Shown one piece after another: positions 26,579 through 37,700 of a stretch of 64,000 nucleotides of DNA; within the stretch, counting starts at the first letter, position 1, and every line of letters begins with the position of its first letter. The stretch covers positions 37,820 to 101,819 of the forward strand of contig JACROE010000002.1 in the NCBI GenBank assembly GCA_016214565.1, in the 5' to 3' direction. The notes beneath the pieces are model-generated. The model was not told where the DNA came from. It searched no databases and worked only from the letters and a program-made list of their open reading frames with translations. The position numbers were made by a program, and so were the translations under genes. This DNA comes from Candidatus Kerfeldbacteria bacterium. GTDB taxonomy: Bacteria > Patescibacteriota > Patescibacteriia > UBA10025 > JAHIVO01.

Positions 26579-28855
26579 ATGATGGACACAGGATTTTCAT
26601 ACGGTAAATTACTGATACAGCCCCGCGAGCGGCATCGATCCATCGCGACGGTATACGTATCCCAACCTCCCGCTGCAGAAGCGCAGCGCCTGGGGAGGAT
26701 ATTTTTTGTTGGGGAAATCGCGCTGCCCGATGAGCGGCTCGCGCGTATTCTCGATTCCCTCGCTGACGAAGTGACACGCAATTATTACGGAACAGATGAC
26801 CTCAATACCGAAAAAGCATTTGAGCGTTCCCTGGAGTTCCTCAATCACCGTATTGCCGACCTGATTGGCGATGCAGATACAAATTGGCTGGATCATTTCG
26901 GAGGGCTCGTGGCCGCAGTAACCACGCAGACCATATATATGAGCACCGTTGGTCCGATTAATGCATTTTTGATTCGCCACCAGCGCATTACCGACATTAT
27001 TGCCGCAGCCGGTGACACCAATGAGCGCCAAGCGCCAAATCCACTTAAGGCATTTTCAAATATTATTTCCGGAGACGCCGCGCCAGATGACGTACTCATG
27101 TTTACCACTCCCAGCGTACTTGATTATTTCTCGCTCGAAAAATTGCGCCGTACGGTCAGCGATCGCCATCCCAGCCAAGCGGCCAGTCAGTTGCAATCTC
27201 TATTGATGGAGAATGAAAATCGCGCCACATTTGCCGCGGCGTTGGTTCAAATCAGACCGATGCCGGTGCCTAGCCAAGCAATGAGTGCAACGCAGCCTAG
27301 TAATACACCTTCGTACACTCGTCCGCTTCCACAATCCCCCGCCGAATCAATGCAGAGTTTATTGCAAAAGCAGGCTGACACGGGCAATATTCTTACCCCG
27401 TCGCTGACACGGTACCTGCGAGAACGCATCGGCGGCATGGTTGAGCGTGCTTTTGACTTTATGCGCCTCAAATTATTCCGCCAATCTCCTCGTCGCGTCC
27501 GGCTTGAGCGCGACCTCCGCGCCTACCAAGCCGCGCACCGTCCACCCGCACGGGTCACGGACGGAGAACGCCATCAGCCGACTCCGACAGTTATCGACGT
27601 AGCAAAAAAAGTCAGCGCAGCTGGAGCACACGTGGGAAAAGGACTGCGTAATCTGGTGGGACAACGAAAGCAAGTTACCACGACTGTGCAGGAAGCTCCA
27701 CGACGGCTACAGCACTGGCTGACCACTGCTATCAAAGCTTTCCAGCGCCTACCACGAGTGAGCAAAATCTTGCTTGGACTCGCCATCATTATTGCCTTTG
27801 CCCTATCTCAAGGCCTCTATTCGACGGCGATGTCTCGCTTTAAAAACCAAGAAAGCATCGCGCACGACCAGCTATTTAACCAGGCCGAAGACGCAATTAT
27901 TCGAGCGCAGGCGGCCATTAGTTATGACAATATGACTGGCGCCCAGGAACTACTGAATTCTGCGGAAACGTTGTTGGCTGATCTCGAGCCGTCCGGCGAT
28001 CAAGAAGAATCAAAACGAACCTCACTGCAAAACCAGATTGCCACTGAGCGCCAAAAAACATACCGAATTGTCAATTTAGAGAATCCGCGTCTCATGACTG
28101 ATCTAGCGACCACTGGTACAGCGCTCAATCCGATTGGACTCGTGCAGATTGGAGACGTGCTGTACTCAGCCGACTCAAATAGTAAAACCGTTTACCGCAT
28201 TGCCGCTGATGGAAATGTGACTTCATTCCCCAATTCCGCCACTGACCACACCTGGCTTGATATCGTAGTTGATAACAAAAAATTGGTGCTCCTCGGATCA
28301 AATAACTCCGTTGACTTCTTTAATACTGAAACAGAGCGGTTCGCTAATCAAGAATTCAAGCTCCCGGCTGAAGCAAACATTGTCGACACCGCCACCTACC
28401 TGGGCCGATATTACCTTCTCGACATCCGCAATAACCAAATTCTCCGCGCAAACGCGGCGGGCAACGGGTATGCCGCCCCAACCAATTGGATTACCGATGG
28501 CACTGAAGTCAGCCGTGGCACGAGCCTGGCAATTGATGGATCAATTTATGTCGGACAAGGTGATGGAAGCATAATCCGTCTAACCAGCAGCATCCGCCAA
28601 GAGTGGAGCGTTAACCAAATTGAACCAGCACTTTCCTCAATCGACACCGTCTGGACCGGCGCAGAGGCAGACTATCTCTATCTCCTCAATCGATCCAGCA
28701 AACGCATTGTTGTTATCACAAAAAATGGAAGTCTTGTTCGCCAATTCACCGCTGCATCTTTTGATAAGCTGACCGACCTATCGGTAAGTGCTGACGAAAA
28801 GCAAATTACCGTCTTGAACGGTACCGCGGTCGTCCAGTTTGCTAATGAAGAATAG
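26579..28855 (+). CDS. Membrane protein: degenerate cytoplasmic PP2C-fold (pseudophosphatase-like) domain, one TM segment, then an extracytoplasmic region ending in beta-propeller-like repeats
   Basis: 758 aa. PP2C-like blocks GGLVAAVTTQTIYMSTVGP, DDVLMFTTPSVLDYFS and ENENRATFAAALVQI have the canonical metal-binding Asp residues replaced. TM segment ILLGLAIIIAFALSQGLY. C-terminal repeats VYRIAADGNV, IYVGQGDGSIIRL, IVVITKNGSL. Confidence 0.45.
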   Translation: MMDTGFSYGKLLIQPRERHRSIATVYVSQPPAAEAQRLGRIFFVGEIALPDERLARILDSLADEVTRNYYGTDDLNTEKAFERSLEFLNHRIADLIGDADTNWLDHFGGLVAAVTTQTIYMSTVGPINAFLIRHQRITDIIAAAGDTNERQAPNPLKAFSNIISGDAAPDDVLMFTTPSVLDYFSLEKLRRTVSDRHPSQAASQLQSLLMENENRATFAAALVQIRPMPVPSQAMSATQPSNTPSYTRPLPQSPAESMQSLLQKQADTGNILTPSLTRYLRERIGGMVERAFDFMRLKLFRQSPRRVRLERDLRAYQAAHRPPARVTDGERHQPTPTVIDVAKKVSAAGAHVGKGLRNLVGQRKQVTTTVQEAPRRLQHWLTTAIKAFQRLPRVSKILLGLAIIIAFALSQGLYSTAMSRFKNQESIAHDQLFNQAEDAIIRAQAAISYDNMTGAQELLNSAETLLADLEPSGDQEESKRTSLQNQIATERQKTYRIVNLENPRLMTDLATTGTALNPIGLVQIGDVLYSADSNSKTVYRIAADGNVTSFPNSATDHTWLDIVVDNKKLVLLGSNNSVDFFNTETERFANQEFKLPAEANIVDTATYLGRYYLLDIRNNQILRANAAGNGYAAPTNWITDGTEVSRGTSLAIDGSIYVGQGDGSIIRLTSSIRQEWSVNQIEPALSSIDTVWTGAEADYLYLLNRSSKRIVVITKNGSLVRQFTAASFDKLTDLSVSADEKQITVLNGTAVVQFANEE

Positions 28856-28872
28856 TAGAAGGAAAAACAAAA

Positions 28873-28897
28873 CTGCCGAGCTCAGCTCGACAGTTTT
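28873..28897. terminator. Bidirectional rho-independent terminator for the 758-aa gene (plus strand) and rplL (minus strand)
   Basis: A 10-bp stem ctgccgagct / agctcgacag with T-runs on both strands. Confidence 0.6.
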
Positions 28898-28914
28898 TTG
28901 ATTTACATTGGCAA

Positions 28915-29331
28915 CTATTTCAGTGTAACCTTGGCGCCAGCTTCTTCGAGTTTCTTCTTCATAGTCTCGGCAGTCTCTTTGTCTACGCCTTCCTTGATAA
29001 CTTTCGGAGCGGCATCCACGAGGTCCTTGGCATCTTTCAAACCCATTTCAGTAACTTCACGCACGGCTTTAATGACGGAAATCTTATTGCCGCCAGCCTC
29101 AGTCAATTCAACAGTGAAGCTGGTCTTTTCCTCAGCTGCGGCGTCGCCACCGGCGGCTGCACCACCTGCGGCAGCCACTGCTACCGGAGCCTGGGCCGAT
29201 ACGCCAAATTTATCCTCAAGAACTTTAACCAATTCGGCTAAGTCCATTACGGACATTTTCTCAACCTCAGCGACGAGGTTTTTGAATTTCTCTGGAACTT
29301 CGACAGTTCCCTTTTGTGTTTCGTCGGTCAT
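28915..29331 (-). CDS. rplL: 50S ribosomal protein L7/L12
   Basis: 138 aa. An Ala-rich hinge and the C-terminus ...[33 protein letters not shown]. Confidence 0.95.
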   Translation of the reverse strand: MTDETQKGTVEVPEKFKNLVAEVEKMSVMDLAELVKVLEDKFGVSAQAPVAVAAAGGAAAGGDAAAEEKTSFTVELTEAGGNKISVIKAVREVTEMGLKDAKDLVDAAPKVIKEGVDKETAETMKKKLEEAGAKVTLK

Positions 29332-29361
29332 AGTCGTAATCCTTATTAATGATTTATTATA

Positions 29362-29886
29362 TTAAACTTTTGAATCTTTAATGGCTGTCAGCGCGTACAA
29401 AAATTTGCGCAATGAGCCAGCCAGTACATTGACAAAACCAGTGGTCGGATATTGAATAAGCCAGAGCAATTTGACCAAGAGTTCCTCCTTCGATGGCAAC
29501 GTGGCTAATTGTTTGATGGCTGACGCATCCAAATAAGCGCCATTGACGATACCGCCAACTAACTTCAGAGCCTCTGCCTTTTTCGCAAAGGTAGCTAACG
29601 TTTTTGCCGGGGCGACCTCATCCTCATAACCAAATGCTACGCCAATGCCGCCTTTCATGTCGCTGAGCGGTACATCCTTGAGGTCAGCCTGGGTTAAAGC
29701 GATGGAAACCAGCTTCCGCTTTGCCACCGTATAATCAATGCTGGCGGAACGCAATGCCGCTCGTAATGCATCGGCATTTTTTACGCTCAGTCCATCAAAA
29801 TTAGTAAACACAACCGCTTTAGCCTCGGTAAATTTTTTCTGTAACGATTCGATTGTTTCTTTCTTTTGGGCGCGAGATTTTGGCAT
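29362..29886 (-). CDS. rplJ: 50S ribosomal protein L10
   Basis: 174 aa with the L10 family pattern. Immediately upstream of rplL. Confidence 0.95.
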   Translation of the reverse strand: MPKSRAQKKETIESLQKKFTEAKAVVFTNFDGLSVKNADALRAALRSASIDYTVAKRKLVSIALTQADLKDVPLSDMKGGIGVAFGYEDEVAPAKTLATFAKKAEALKLVGGIVNGAYLDASAIKQLATLPSKEELLVKLLWLIQYPTTGFVNVLAGSLRKFLYALTAIKDSKV

Positions 29887-30036
29887 ATAGGAGAATTAAT
29901 AAAAAATCTGTGGAAACCACAGACCGTTTGAGCGATTCACCGCCAGCCGGAGTGCTGTCGGGATCATTTCGCCTCGGTGGGATTTATATCCATTGTCGCT
30001 TCGGACAACCCACGGTCTATGGCATTCGTAATTTGT
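29887..30036 (-). promoter_or_regulatory. rplJ 5' leader, a candidate L10(L12)4 autoregulatory leader
   Basis: A roughly 150-nt untranslated region between a strong promoter and the rplJ start. Structured GC-rich segments (ccgccagccggagtgctgtcgggatcatttcgcctcggtggg). Confidence 0.4.
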
Positions 30037-30042
30037 GGTAGC

Positions 30043-30070
30043 AGTATAGCAGACGGTACAAAAGCGTCAA
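30043..30070 (-). promoter_or_regulatory. Sigma70-type promoter of rplJ-rplL
   Basis: Minus strand: TTGACG, 16-nt spacer, TATACT. Confidence 0.55.
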
Positions 30071-30099
30071 CCCTTTCAGCTGTAAACAGGGTAAAAAGG

Positions 30100-30786
30100 C
30101 TAGGAAATGGTGGTTCCCTGATATCGCTTTCCTAGTAAAATATTTTTAAGATTAGCCAAATTCCTGCCCTCGCACACAATCACACGCATTTTTTCCCGCT
30201 GAGCTAAAAGCGCCGCTTGCGGGTCAAACGGCACATGAGCACCGGGATGCCAGCGACGACCAGTAATACCAAGCAAAGCCCGCCACGTCATTTGGCGAAT
30301 CGGTTTTGCTGAAGGGACTCGGTGGGGGTCAGCCGTGTAGACATAGGGAATATTACTCATATTAATGACGAGCGCTGCACCATAGGTCCGTGCCAGCAGC
30401 ACCGCATCCTTATCCGATGAACAGCCTGGTTTCCAGCCTGAACCAATAATAATGGGCTGCCGTGAGCGAATCCGTACGGTCGGGTCATCCACGACCACGG
30501 GATATGCAGAAGAACCAAAAATCACCCGGACTAATTCCGCGTTTATCTTCGTGGCCGCAATCCCAACCCAGTCGAGCTGACGGGGTGACATCGGGGTGAC
30601 GGCATGAGCACCCGTTTGATACCGACGTGCGGTATTTCCGCCGCCGCAGACAATGATAAAACGAAAACCACGCGCCGCCTGAGCCAGAATCAACCTACGA
30701 AATCGTTTAAGGAAGGATACGGCGATGGCATCGGGAACGATCAATGAACCACCCAGGGAAAGGACGATTGTGGCGCGTCGTTTCAT
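30100..30786 (-). CDS. pyrH: UMP kinase (uridylate kinase)
   Basis: 228 aa, amino-acid kinase fold. IVLSLGGSLI, FIIVCGGGNTARRY, and a C-terminus that aligns with E. coli PyrH (VYTADP..., ...KEGTLI-like GTTIS). Confidence 0.8.
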   Translation of the reverse strand: MKRRATIVLSLGGSLIVPDAIAVSFLKRFRRLILAQAARGFRFIIVCGGGNTARRYQTGAHAVTPMSPRQLDWVGIAATKINAELVRVIFGSSAYPVVVDDPTVRIRSRQPIIIGSGWKPGCSSDKDAVLLARTYGAALVINMSNIPYVYTADPHRVPSAKPIRQMTWRALLGITGRRWHPGAHVPFDPQAALLAQREKMRVIVCEGRNLANLKNILLGKRYQGTTIS

Positions 30787-31808
30787 TGAAGATACTTAGC
30801 TTTATTCTCTAAATGCTCATCATACGTAACACTGAACACAGTTGAGCCATCTGGTTTCGTCAAAAAATAAAAATATTCAGTTTCGGCTGGATACACTGCC
30901 GCGCGCAGCGCCGACAATGAAGGATTACAAATAGGTCCAGGCGGCAACCCCTGATGCTTATAGGTATTGTATGGGTTATCAGTTTCTAAATCCTCAAGCG
31001 TCGGCTGAAGGGCTTGCTTGCCCGTCACATAATTGACCGTAGCGTCCGATTGAAGAGCAACACCTTGTTCCAGGCGCGCATAAAAAATTCCAGAAGCAAT
31101 CGCCCGGTCGTCATCGCTCCGTACTTCCTTTTCAATAATTGACGCAAGCGTCACGATCTCGTAGATGCTCATCCCCCGCGCCGCAGCTGCGCTCCGCAAT
31201 TCGTCAGAAAGCTTTACATCAAAATTATCTAACATTTTTTTTATTACGTCAGCAGAAGTTGCCCCGTCGTATATGCGATACGTGTCAGGAAACAAAAACC
31301 CCTCGAGCCCCTGGTTGTCAGGTTTATCTGCCAAAAAACCATACGTGACATCCGAAATAATATCACGCGAATCAGTCACCAGTGCTGCTTGCAAAAATTC
31401 ATCCTTGCGCACCACTCCACGTTCTTCCAGATACGCTCCCATATCCTCCGCCGTCCAACCTTCAATCATAGTAATATTTGCCTCAGGTGTCGTCTCACCG
31501 CTGGTAAGAACATCAACCACTTCTCGCGAATTTAATGATGGGGACAATGAATACGTCCCAGCAATAAACTGCGACTCGGAACCGTCAAAGAATACGTAGG
31601 TTTCAAACCAAAAGGTACTTTTGATCAATCCAGCCTCAAATAACCCTTGGGCAATTTCTTTGACCCCCTCACCTTCTCGGACGGCATATAATTTCGTACT
31701 GGTATCATCCGATACGGGCCAGCTAATTTGATTCCAATAATACAGCGTACCCAGCGCGCCACCGACAAATATGAGAACTACTACAATAATAAATAATTTC
31801 TTCATCAT
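30783..31808 (-). CDS. mltG: Endolytic murein transglycosylase, YceG/MltG family
   Basis: 341 aa. N-terminal TM segment, YceG-like domain, C-terminal GLPPGPICNPSLSALRAAVYP. Confidence 0.85.
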   Translation of the reverse strand: MMKKLFIIVVVLIFVGGALGTLYYWNQISWPVSDDTSTKLYAVREGEGVKEIAQGLFEAGLIKSTFWFETYVFFDGSESQFIAGTYSLSPSLNSREVVDVLTSGETTPEANITMIEGWTAEDMGAYLEERGVVRKDEFLQAALVTDSRDIISDVTYGFLADKPDNQGLEGFLFPDTYRIYDGATSADVIKKMLDNFDVKLSDELRSAAAARGMSIYEIVTLASIIEKEVRSDDDRAIASGIFYARLEQGVALQSDATVNYVTGKQALQPTLEDLETDNPYNTYKHQGLPPGPICNPSLSALRAAVYPAETEYFYFLTKPDGSTVFSVTYDEHLENKAKYLQ

Positions 31809-31810
31809 GA

Positions 31811-32887
31811 TTAAAGGTATTTATCTAATTTTTTCTTTTCAATTTCCGCCACGATTTTCTTTACGTCGTGCGCGCGATCCTGAGAGCAAATCAAGAGCGC
31901 ATCCTCCATATCAATAACGATCATGCGTTCGAGCCCAGCCGTACCGATCAAACGACCAGTATAGCTAAATATCAAATTTGATTTCGAATCAATGCCGATA
32001 TGTTGGCCACGGATGATATTATCATGCGGATGCTGCGCCAGGACTTCATGCACTGTCCGCCAATGCCCCACATCAGTCCAGTCAAACGTCGCCGGGAGCA
32101 CCAGCATCTTTTTTGTTTTCTCCATGATGGCATAATCAATGGAAACGGCGCGCATCTGGGCAAATTCTTTCTTGATCACGGCCTGCTCGCGCGACGTACC
32201 AATCGCTCGCTGAATAATCATCAATCGACGATAGTGCTCAGGCAAATACCGCTGGTACATCGCGAGCAGCGTATCCACCCGCCAGCAGAACATATTGGTA
32301 TTCCACAGATAATCCCAACTGTGTGCATACTTCTTAGCCGTAACCAGATCGGGTTTCTCGACAAACCGCTCACCATAAAAAATTTCCGTCTGTCCAACCT
32401 GAGAAAAAAGCTTATTAATTTTCACATAGCCATAGCCTATTTCAGGATACGTCGGCCTGACTCCAATCAGGAGCGAATACTCGGGATTCTTTTTAATAAT
32501 CTGCTCTGCTAATTTTGCCAATCTGATATACGCTCGTTCATCTTTGATGAAGTGATCAGACCCCACTGACATCATGATGCCATGTGGATTTCTCTTGTGA
32601 ATAGACACAGCCGCGAGGCCGATTGCCGGGGCGGTATCACGCTTGGCTGTCTCTAATATATAGTTCCGCCGCGGTACTGACGGCAACTGTTTTTTTATCA
32701 GTGGATACTGAGTAACGTTCGATGAAATAAAAATATCCTTTATCGGAAAACCCTTCCGCTGCCGGGCGTAGGTGACTTGCAGCAATGTTTTAGTTCCGAT
32801 AAATGGCTGCGCTTGTTTAGGATTTTTTTTGCGTGAGACGGGCCACAGTCGCGTACCGCCGCCTCCAGCCAATATGACGATGTTCAT
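31811..32887 (-). CDS. manC: Mannose-1-phosphate guanylyltransferase
   Basis: 358 aa. ILAGGGGTRLWPVS nucleotidyltransferase motif with the GMPP family pattern. Confidence 0.8.
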   Translation of the reverse strand: MNIVILAGGGGTRLWPVSRKKNPKQAQPFIGTKTLLQVTYARQRKGFPIKDIFISSNVTQYPLIKKQLPSVPRRNYILETAKRDTAPAIGLAAVSIHKRNPHGIMMSVGSDHFIKDERAYIRLAKLAEQIIKKNPEYSLLIGVRPTYPEIGYGYVKINKLFSQVGQTEIFYGERFVEKPDLVTAKKYAHSWDYLWNTNMFCWRVDTLLAMYQRYLPEHYRRLMIIQRAIGTSREQAVIKKEFAQMRAVSIDYAIMEKTKKMLVLPATFDWTDVGHWRTVHEVLAQHPHDNIIRGQHIGIDSKSNLIFSYTGRLIGTAGLERMIVIDMEDALLICSQDRAHDVKKIVAEIEKKKLDKYL

Positions 32888-32896
32888 GCGTATATA

Positions 32897-33550
32897 TTAA
32901 TTGTCTTCATGCCACTGCCGAGGAACCAAAGGTACAAATTGAAATCCCGGAATGCGCTCCTCTGTATAATCATGCTCACTAATTTTTTTCTTAAGCACCA
33001 TGTCTTGATCATGCTTACCCACCGGAATAACCAGCTTACCGCCGACGGCTAACTGCTCCAGCAAGATATCGGGTATGCCAATTTCTGCAGCGGCGGCAAC
33101 GATGATCCCCTGATATGGCGCGCCCTGCCGATACCCGCGTGTGCCATCGCCAACGAGCAGCGTCACATTTTTAAAATTGTAGGCAGCTATATTTTTTTCG
33201 GCGGTGCGCTTCAGCGCGGGAATTCGTTCAATGGCGAAAACATGTCCCTCGGGTCCAACGATTTCAGCAAGCAACGCGGTCTGCCAGCCTGACCCTGCGC
33301 CGATATCCAAGATATGATGGCCCGGAAGTGGCTGCAGCAGCTCGAGCATAATCGCAACGGTCAGCGGCTGAGAAATTGTCTGATTATACCCGATCGGCAC
33401 CGGATGATTTGCCGTAGCATAATCCCGATATTCCTCGGGGATAAATCCCGCACGATGAATCTTCCGAAAAGCGTCTATGATCCGTTTCGTCTTTAGATGT
33501 CCATCTTCGATCAATTCACTGATCAATGCCTCCATACAATGTACGCTCAA
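32897..33550 (-). CDS. pcm: Protein-L-isoaspartate O-methyltransferase
   Basis: 217 aa. QTISQP, LDIGAGSGWQTALLA, and the PIMT family pattern. Confidence 0.9.
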   Translation of the reverse strand: MSVHCMEALISELIEDGHLKTKRIIDAFRKIHRAGFIPEEYRDYATANHPVPIGYNQTISQPLTVAIMLELLQPLPGHHILDIGAGSGWQTALLAEIVGPEGHVFAIERIPALKRTAEKNIAAYNFKNVTLLVGDGTRGYRQGAPYQGIIVAAAAEIGIPDILLEQLAVGGKLVIPVGKHDQDMVLKKKISEHDYTEERIPGFQFVPLVPRQWHEDN

Positions 33551-33610
33551 TCTCGATACTCATGCAGTATAGCAAAAAAAGAGCATCCTCCATACTGCTA
33601 GACGCCCCTA

Positions 33611-33639
33611 TTGATTTTTCTCTAAAAAAATGATATAAT
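33611..33639 (+). promoter_or_regulatory. Sigma70-type promoter of the first CAP-domain gene
   Basis: TTGATT, 17-nt spacer, TATAAT, about 40 nt upstream of the start. Confidence 0.55.
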
Positions 33640-33677
33640 ACGAAATGTATTCAAAATAAAAACAAAAATTAAACAAA

Positions 33678-34307
33678 ATGATAAGCCATCAAACATCGGT
33701 ATTTCTAACCGTGGCAATAATTGTTGTCATGCTATTTGGCGTGTCTACCCTGGCTACCGCCACCACTGACACGCCCGTCCAACCGCGACTCATATATAGT
33801 ACGCTGAATGCCATTAATGAAGAACGGACTGCCGCCGGACTCAATTCGCTTGTTTTACATGATATGTTGAATGAAATCGCCTTAGCTCGGGTCAATGATA
33901 TGGTCTCCAAGGTATATTTTGGCCATGATTACGATCAGATGGGTACTGTTGTCGAATTTGCAGAAAAGATAGAGCTGCCATACATATACATTGGCGAAAA
34001 TCTCGCGCTCGGCTACTCAGATCCTATAAGCCTGGTTTCTGCCTGGATGGACAGTCCGGACCATAGAAAAAACCTACTGAATGGCAATTATCGAGGTTTT
34101 GGCCTTGCCGCAACCGAAACGCCAGATGGTATGCTTATTGCCACGATTTTCAGTGATGTTGTTCCCAAATCAACAAATCCAGCTGCGCTAGATCAACCAG
34201 TATCAATAATAAGGGCTGAAAAAAAAGCTAATTGGGATAATTGGCCTATTGTTATTAGCCAATTTCTTCAGCTGCGGTCAGTGCACTCTTTAGACTCAAA
34301 TCAATAA
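33678..34307 (+). CDS. Secreted CAP/SCP/PR1-like domain protein, YkwD-like
   Basis: 209 aa. Signal/TM segment, then CAP signatures GENLA..YS..IS.VSAWMDSPDHRKNLLNGNYRGFG. Confidence 0.75.
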   Translation: MISHQTSVFLTVAIIVVMLFGVSTLATATTDTPVQPRLIYSTLNAINEERTAAGLNSLVLHDMLNEIALARVNDMVSKVYFGHDYDQMGTVVEFAEKIELPYIYIGENLALGYSDPISLVSAWMDSPDHRKNLLNGNYRGFGLAATETPDGMLIATIFSDVVPKSTNPAALDQPVSIIRAEKKANWDNWPIVISQFLQLRSVHSLDSNQ

Positions 34308-34759
34308 CTATTCTTAATAGCACTTATCCACAGATGCAATCGTGCTGTTTTTATTGTGTTTTGACTAGGGTTGACAAAAATCCCAAATAGACTAAGATGG
34401 TGGGACATCAAAAGAAAAAATCTTGACAGATAAAACCAAAACTAGTGTAACGGAAAACAAAACATTCGTTCATTTTCAGGAGAATTTGCACCTTGTACAA
34501 TACGCTAAACCGTAGGAGGAGCGTAAAAAGACCAACAAAAAGTTATAAGATTCTAAAATCAGCACCAAGTAAGGTAGTAATGCCGAAACATCTCAATTTT
34601 GCAGAGTTTCTGGTAATTGCGCTGATGTGAATTAAAAAACAAGTTTTTTATAACTTTCTGTTGGTTTTTTTGATGCTTAATTGCTCATTGGACCAACCAT
34701 GCGGAGGGATAACGCAAACCATAATTTTAATAACTTTTCCAAGAAATAAGCTAAAACCT

Positions 34760-37700
34760 ATGAATACCTATATGAGTCCTAAGGCCCGACGGATAGCCTC
34801 AAAAGCCCTTCACCTTTTCACCGCCCTGGTGATGGTGCTCAACGTGACGACCGCCGGATTCCTCGTGAATCCGCAGGTGGCCAACGCGGCAAGTCCTTCG
34901 GCGAATTTAGACCAATGCGCTAACGATCCCGCTCCCTCACCAAGTACAAATGGCTGCTCAACCAGCGCCACTGAATGGGTCAATGGTAACCTCGGCGCAA
35001 GCAAATCTGTTTACTATGAAGGTGATTCAATCCCCTACCGCATGGTATTTGGGGATCTTTCGCTTGGCTCACATACGGTCACCATTGAATGGGATACCAC
35101 GAAATCCGGAAAGCATGCGATAGACTACCTCACCACCTACAACCGATCCGTGACAACGGCTGACCCGACACTCGGCATTGCTGGTCTCGGCGCTCCTACC
35201 ACGTTCGCCATCCCCGCTGACCCACAGGTCACCGGTGCTGGTGTCACCCCCATTACGGGAAACTTTACCTTATACGGTGGAACGATCACCGCTGCAAGCG
35301 CATATTCCTATTCTAACGGCGCTGGATTTGCCGGCGACAAATCAGCCAGCATCACGCTGACCTTCACCGCATCGGTAGCTAACCCAGTACTCGCCTGGGG
35401 TGGACACATCTCACATCGCGGCGATTGGGGAACTGAAAATTCCGCAGTGGCAATTCCAGGATCGCCGTATCATACTCGATTGATTAATCTTGACGGTTCT
35501 GGCGGTAATCAAGATCGTTCACTGTCTGCAGACGCGGTTATTTATCCAGCTTCCATCACCGTGGTAAAGGACGCTAATCCAAATGGTTCACAAAGCTTTA
35601 ACTACACCACCACTGGTGGCCTCTCACCGGCAAACTTCTCATTGGTTGATGACGGCACCACTGCAAACACCCGCGCCTACACTGGCATTACAAATTTCAC
35701 GACGTACACCGTGACTGAGTCGGCACTGGCTGGCTGGACACTAGCTGGTATCACCTGTGTGGTTACCTCTCCAAACGGCGGAAGCCAAACGGTTAATAAA
35801 CCGTCGGTATCTATTAGCCTTAAAGAAGGTGAAAATGTTACCTGTACCTACACCAATAACGGCTCTGCAAGTTTGAACATCAAGAAATACGTGCGCAAAG
35901 TATCAGCCGACGCGAATGTCGCGAGCAACTGGTACAACTGGGATGTTGCTGGACAAATTTTGACTGTACTGCCAGGTGAAACTGTTGAATATAAAGTGAT
36001 TACCTGGAATAGCGGTACCGCTCCTGGCACTGCCACGGTCGTTGACGCAACCAGCAATTCAACCATATACAATCCGACCTATACGGGCGGCACTCTATTC
36101 TCAAGCGTGTCAATCCCCAATCAGAATGGAGCCGCTATGCCATCGGTGACGACCGCAGCTGGAGATGGCGCCTATTGGAAAATTGTTACCTACCAAAAAC
36201 AAGTAGACGCAACGACAGCAACGAGCGGGACGACTTCTTCGATCAACACGGTTACCCTCAATGGCACTCAGACTTCAAAAGCGAAGATCCAAGTGACATA
36301 CGCTTGCGACCTCCGCATTACCAAATCGGTTGACTCAGTCGACACTCAAACCAACTCAATCATTTACAAACTCGATTACCAAAACATCGGCACGGCTGAC
36401 TGCACCGGCGGCGGTGTCCGCATTGACGACGCTATTCCTACAAACACGTCATACGCCAATTGGCATGCAGAACATTCCGCCGACACTAATGAAGTCAAAT
36501 TTGGATACGAGTACGCAAAATTTGGCACAACGAATACAACCGGCTATAACGGATCACTGTTGAGTTGGAATGCACGCGTGCTCAACCCCCAGGAAACTGG
36601 TTGGGTAAAATTCAAAGTCAATGTCCGCACCCTCCAGGAATGTGAAGAGCTAGATATTCTGAATAAAGGAAAAATTTACTCGAATGAAATTCCTGACGGT
36701 ATCTGGTCAAATGAGGTCAGTACGCACTTTGCTGCGCCCTGCACCACAACCATCAAAGTTATCAAGCACGTCATCAATGACAATGGTGGCACAAAAACCG
36801 CCAGCAATTTCACCCTGCATATCACGGGCACCGCAGGTGACTACACGTTCAACGGTTCAGAAGCTGGACAAACCTTCAATGTTGTCCCAGGAACATTCAC
36901 CGTCTCTGAAGATATCCTCTCCGGCTATGCCATGACCATGAGCGGCGATTGCTCGGGCAGTATTGCACTGGGCCAAGACAAAGTTTGCACCGTCACCAAC
37001 GATGACATTGCTCCAAAACTGAAGCTAGTGAAAACCGTCATTAATAACAACGGAGGAACATTACAAGTAGCTGACTTCCCGCTTTTCGTGAATGGCAATT
37101 CCGTCACCAGCGGTCAGTGGAATACGCTCACTGCGGGTGTCAAATACACCGCAACTGAGACTAATCAGTTTGGCTACCAAGCTTCAGTCTGGGGAACTGA
37201 TTGTGCTGCAAACGGCACTATCACGCTGCAGCCTGGCGAAGAAAAAGTTTGTACCATCACCAACGACGACATTCAGCCGAAATTGATTGTGACCAAGCAC
37301 GTCATCAATAATAACGGAGGTACCGCAGTTGCCGCTGACTTCACACTGAATGTGACGGGCATCAGCGCCACCCCATCGTCATTTACTGGCAATGAAGCAG
37401 GGACTGAGGTTGCGCTCAATGCTGGTGCGTACAACGTCGACGAAAATGCTTTTACGGGCTATGCAAAAACATTGGGCACTGATTGCTCAGGCACAATCAG
37501 CGTCGGTGAAACAAAATATTGCACGGTCACCAACGATGACATTGCTCCGAAACTCAAGCTGGTCAAGACTGTCATTAATAACAACGGCGGTACGAAACAG
37601 GTGTCTGACTTCCCGCTTTTCGTAAATGGCAATTCCGTCACCAGCGGTCAGTGGAATACGCTCACTGCCGGTGTCGAATACATCGCCACAGAAACCTCGG

